DNA of 43,250 nucleotides. Origin: Candidatus Deferrimicrobiaceae bacterium (GTDB lineage Bacteria; Desulfobacterota; Deferrimicrobia; Deferrimicrobiales; Deferrimicrobiaceae). The translations under genes and the position numbers were made by a program. Positions 42,995-43,250 of this stretch are shown piece after piece (within the stretch, counting starts at the first letter, position 1; every line of letters begins with the position of its first letter). The notes under the pieces were generated by a model. That model made no database searches. It saw nothing but the letters and a program-made list of their open reading frames with translations, and was not told the DNA's origin. Where the stretch lies: positions 1 to 43,250 of the forward strand of contig DASWBR010000203.1 in NCBI GenBank assembly GCA_036390495.1, in the 5' to 3' direction.

Positions 42995-43250
42995 TCAGAC
43001 CTCCCCGTCGAGACGGGTCAGTCCCCTGCCTCTTGCGTAGTCGCGGGCATCTCCCCACTCCTTCGAGGAGATGCGGCGCGCGATCTCAGGGAACTCCGGC
43101 GCCCGGCCGCACGGTCGGTACTGGTCCATCAGGTTGAGGTACGTGTCCGTCCCGATCTCCCCGGCCAGGAAATCGACGACGTCCCGTGTGGTGGACGCGT
43201 CCCCCGGCATGACGAGGTGCCGGACGAGCAGTCCCCGGAGCGCGATCCCG
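42995..43250 (-). CDS. Partial (3' end) radical-SAM protein of the PflX / pyruvate-formate-lyase-activase-like group. Its 5' part lies beyond the right window edge.
   Basis: The frame is open to the window edge, and the visible C-terminus reads ..GIALRGLLVRHLVMPGDASTTRDVVDFLAGEIGTDTYLNLMDQYRPCGRA..ISSKEWGDARDYARGRGLTRLDGEV. The LVRHLVMPG and NLMDQYRP blocks match my recollection of COG1313-type proteins. The Cys cluster is not in the window. Confidence 0.6.
   Translation of the reverse strand, partial: GIALRGLLVRHLVMPGDASTTRDVVDFLAGEIGTDTYLNLMDQYRPCGRAPEFPEIARRISSKEWGDARDYARGRGLTRLDGEV

Noticed and set aside
42744-43137. Track ORFs 42744..43040 (+), 42804..43058 (-) and 42949..43137 (+), in the region between the OMP gene and the radical-SAM gene.
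   Set aside because: They are Arg/Gly/Pro-rich with no motifs. They run across the gene-fragment/intact-gene boundary in frames that ignore the clear C-terminal homology. I treat them as non-coding or overlapping artefacts.
1-43250. A window-wide search for defence or mobile-element signatures: CRISPR repeats, cas genes, restriction-modification, toxin-antitoxin pairs, reverse transcriptase/retron, integrase/transposase, tRNA insertion sites and long terminal inverted repeats.
   Set aside because: None was found by eye. All sizeable ORFs with credible composition map to housekeeping families. Apart from the low-G+C OMP segment and the two REP-like copies, there is no sign of accessory or mobile DNA. 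A profile-HMM scan (e.g. DefenseFinder/PADLOC, ISEScan) would be the decisive check.

Overview
The window is G+C-rich by eye (well above 60%; I did not compute it) and looks like bacterial chromosome made almost entirely of core and housekeeping genes. Gene content (futalosine menaquinone genes, GAF/PAS sensor kinases, larB/larC, CIRCE/HrcA) suggests an anaerobic Desulfobacterota/deltaproteobacterium-like organism, but that is inference only. About 38 protein genes are supportable. Most long ORFs in the six-frame track are Gly/Arg/Pro-rich alternative-frame artefacts of the high G+C content.

Gene layout:
- **Minus-strand run, coordinates 1-15423 (listed left to right):** a DUF2231-like fragment, serS, mqnC, mqnE, a triple-GAF histidine kinase, glgA, a galT-like gene, dksA, a B12-type uptake operon (TonB-dependent receptor, ABC ATPase, permease, binding protein) behind a clear cobalamin riboswitch, and ispB.
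- **rlmE** sits alone on the plus strand.
- **Second minus-strand array, transcribed from 34202 down to 16180:** it is very tightly packed and starts at a perfect CIRCE operator plus a sigma70-like promoter. Gene order is hrcA, grpE, dnaJ (no dnaK), an LpoA-like protein, dinG, galU, hsp20, lon, thiL, two CNNM/CorC-type genes, larB, larC, radA and a MaoC-like gene.
- **Right-hand end:** an ATP-grasp/esterase pair and a large PAS kinase on the plus strand, an S1-domain protein and a YtxH protein on the minus strand, qor on the plus strand, then on the minus strand a lower-G+C outer-membrane beta-barrel gene, an orphan 3' gene fragment and a partial PflX-like radical-SAM gene.

I found no tRNA or rRNA genes, CRISPR array, IS element, integrase or recognisable defence genes, and nothing I can call a convincing novel system.

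The observations most worth following up are:
- the uncharacterised ATP-grasp + esterase module;
- the long CIRCE-headed array with ten NTGA start/stop overlaps, one of which implies a CTG-initiated larB;
- a REP-like palindromic element present twice;
- short repeat arrays in two intergenic leaders;
- the compositionally odd OMP gene flanked by a decayed radical-SAM 3' fragment.
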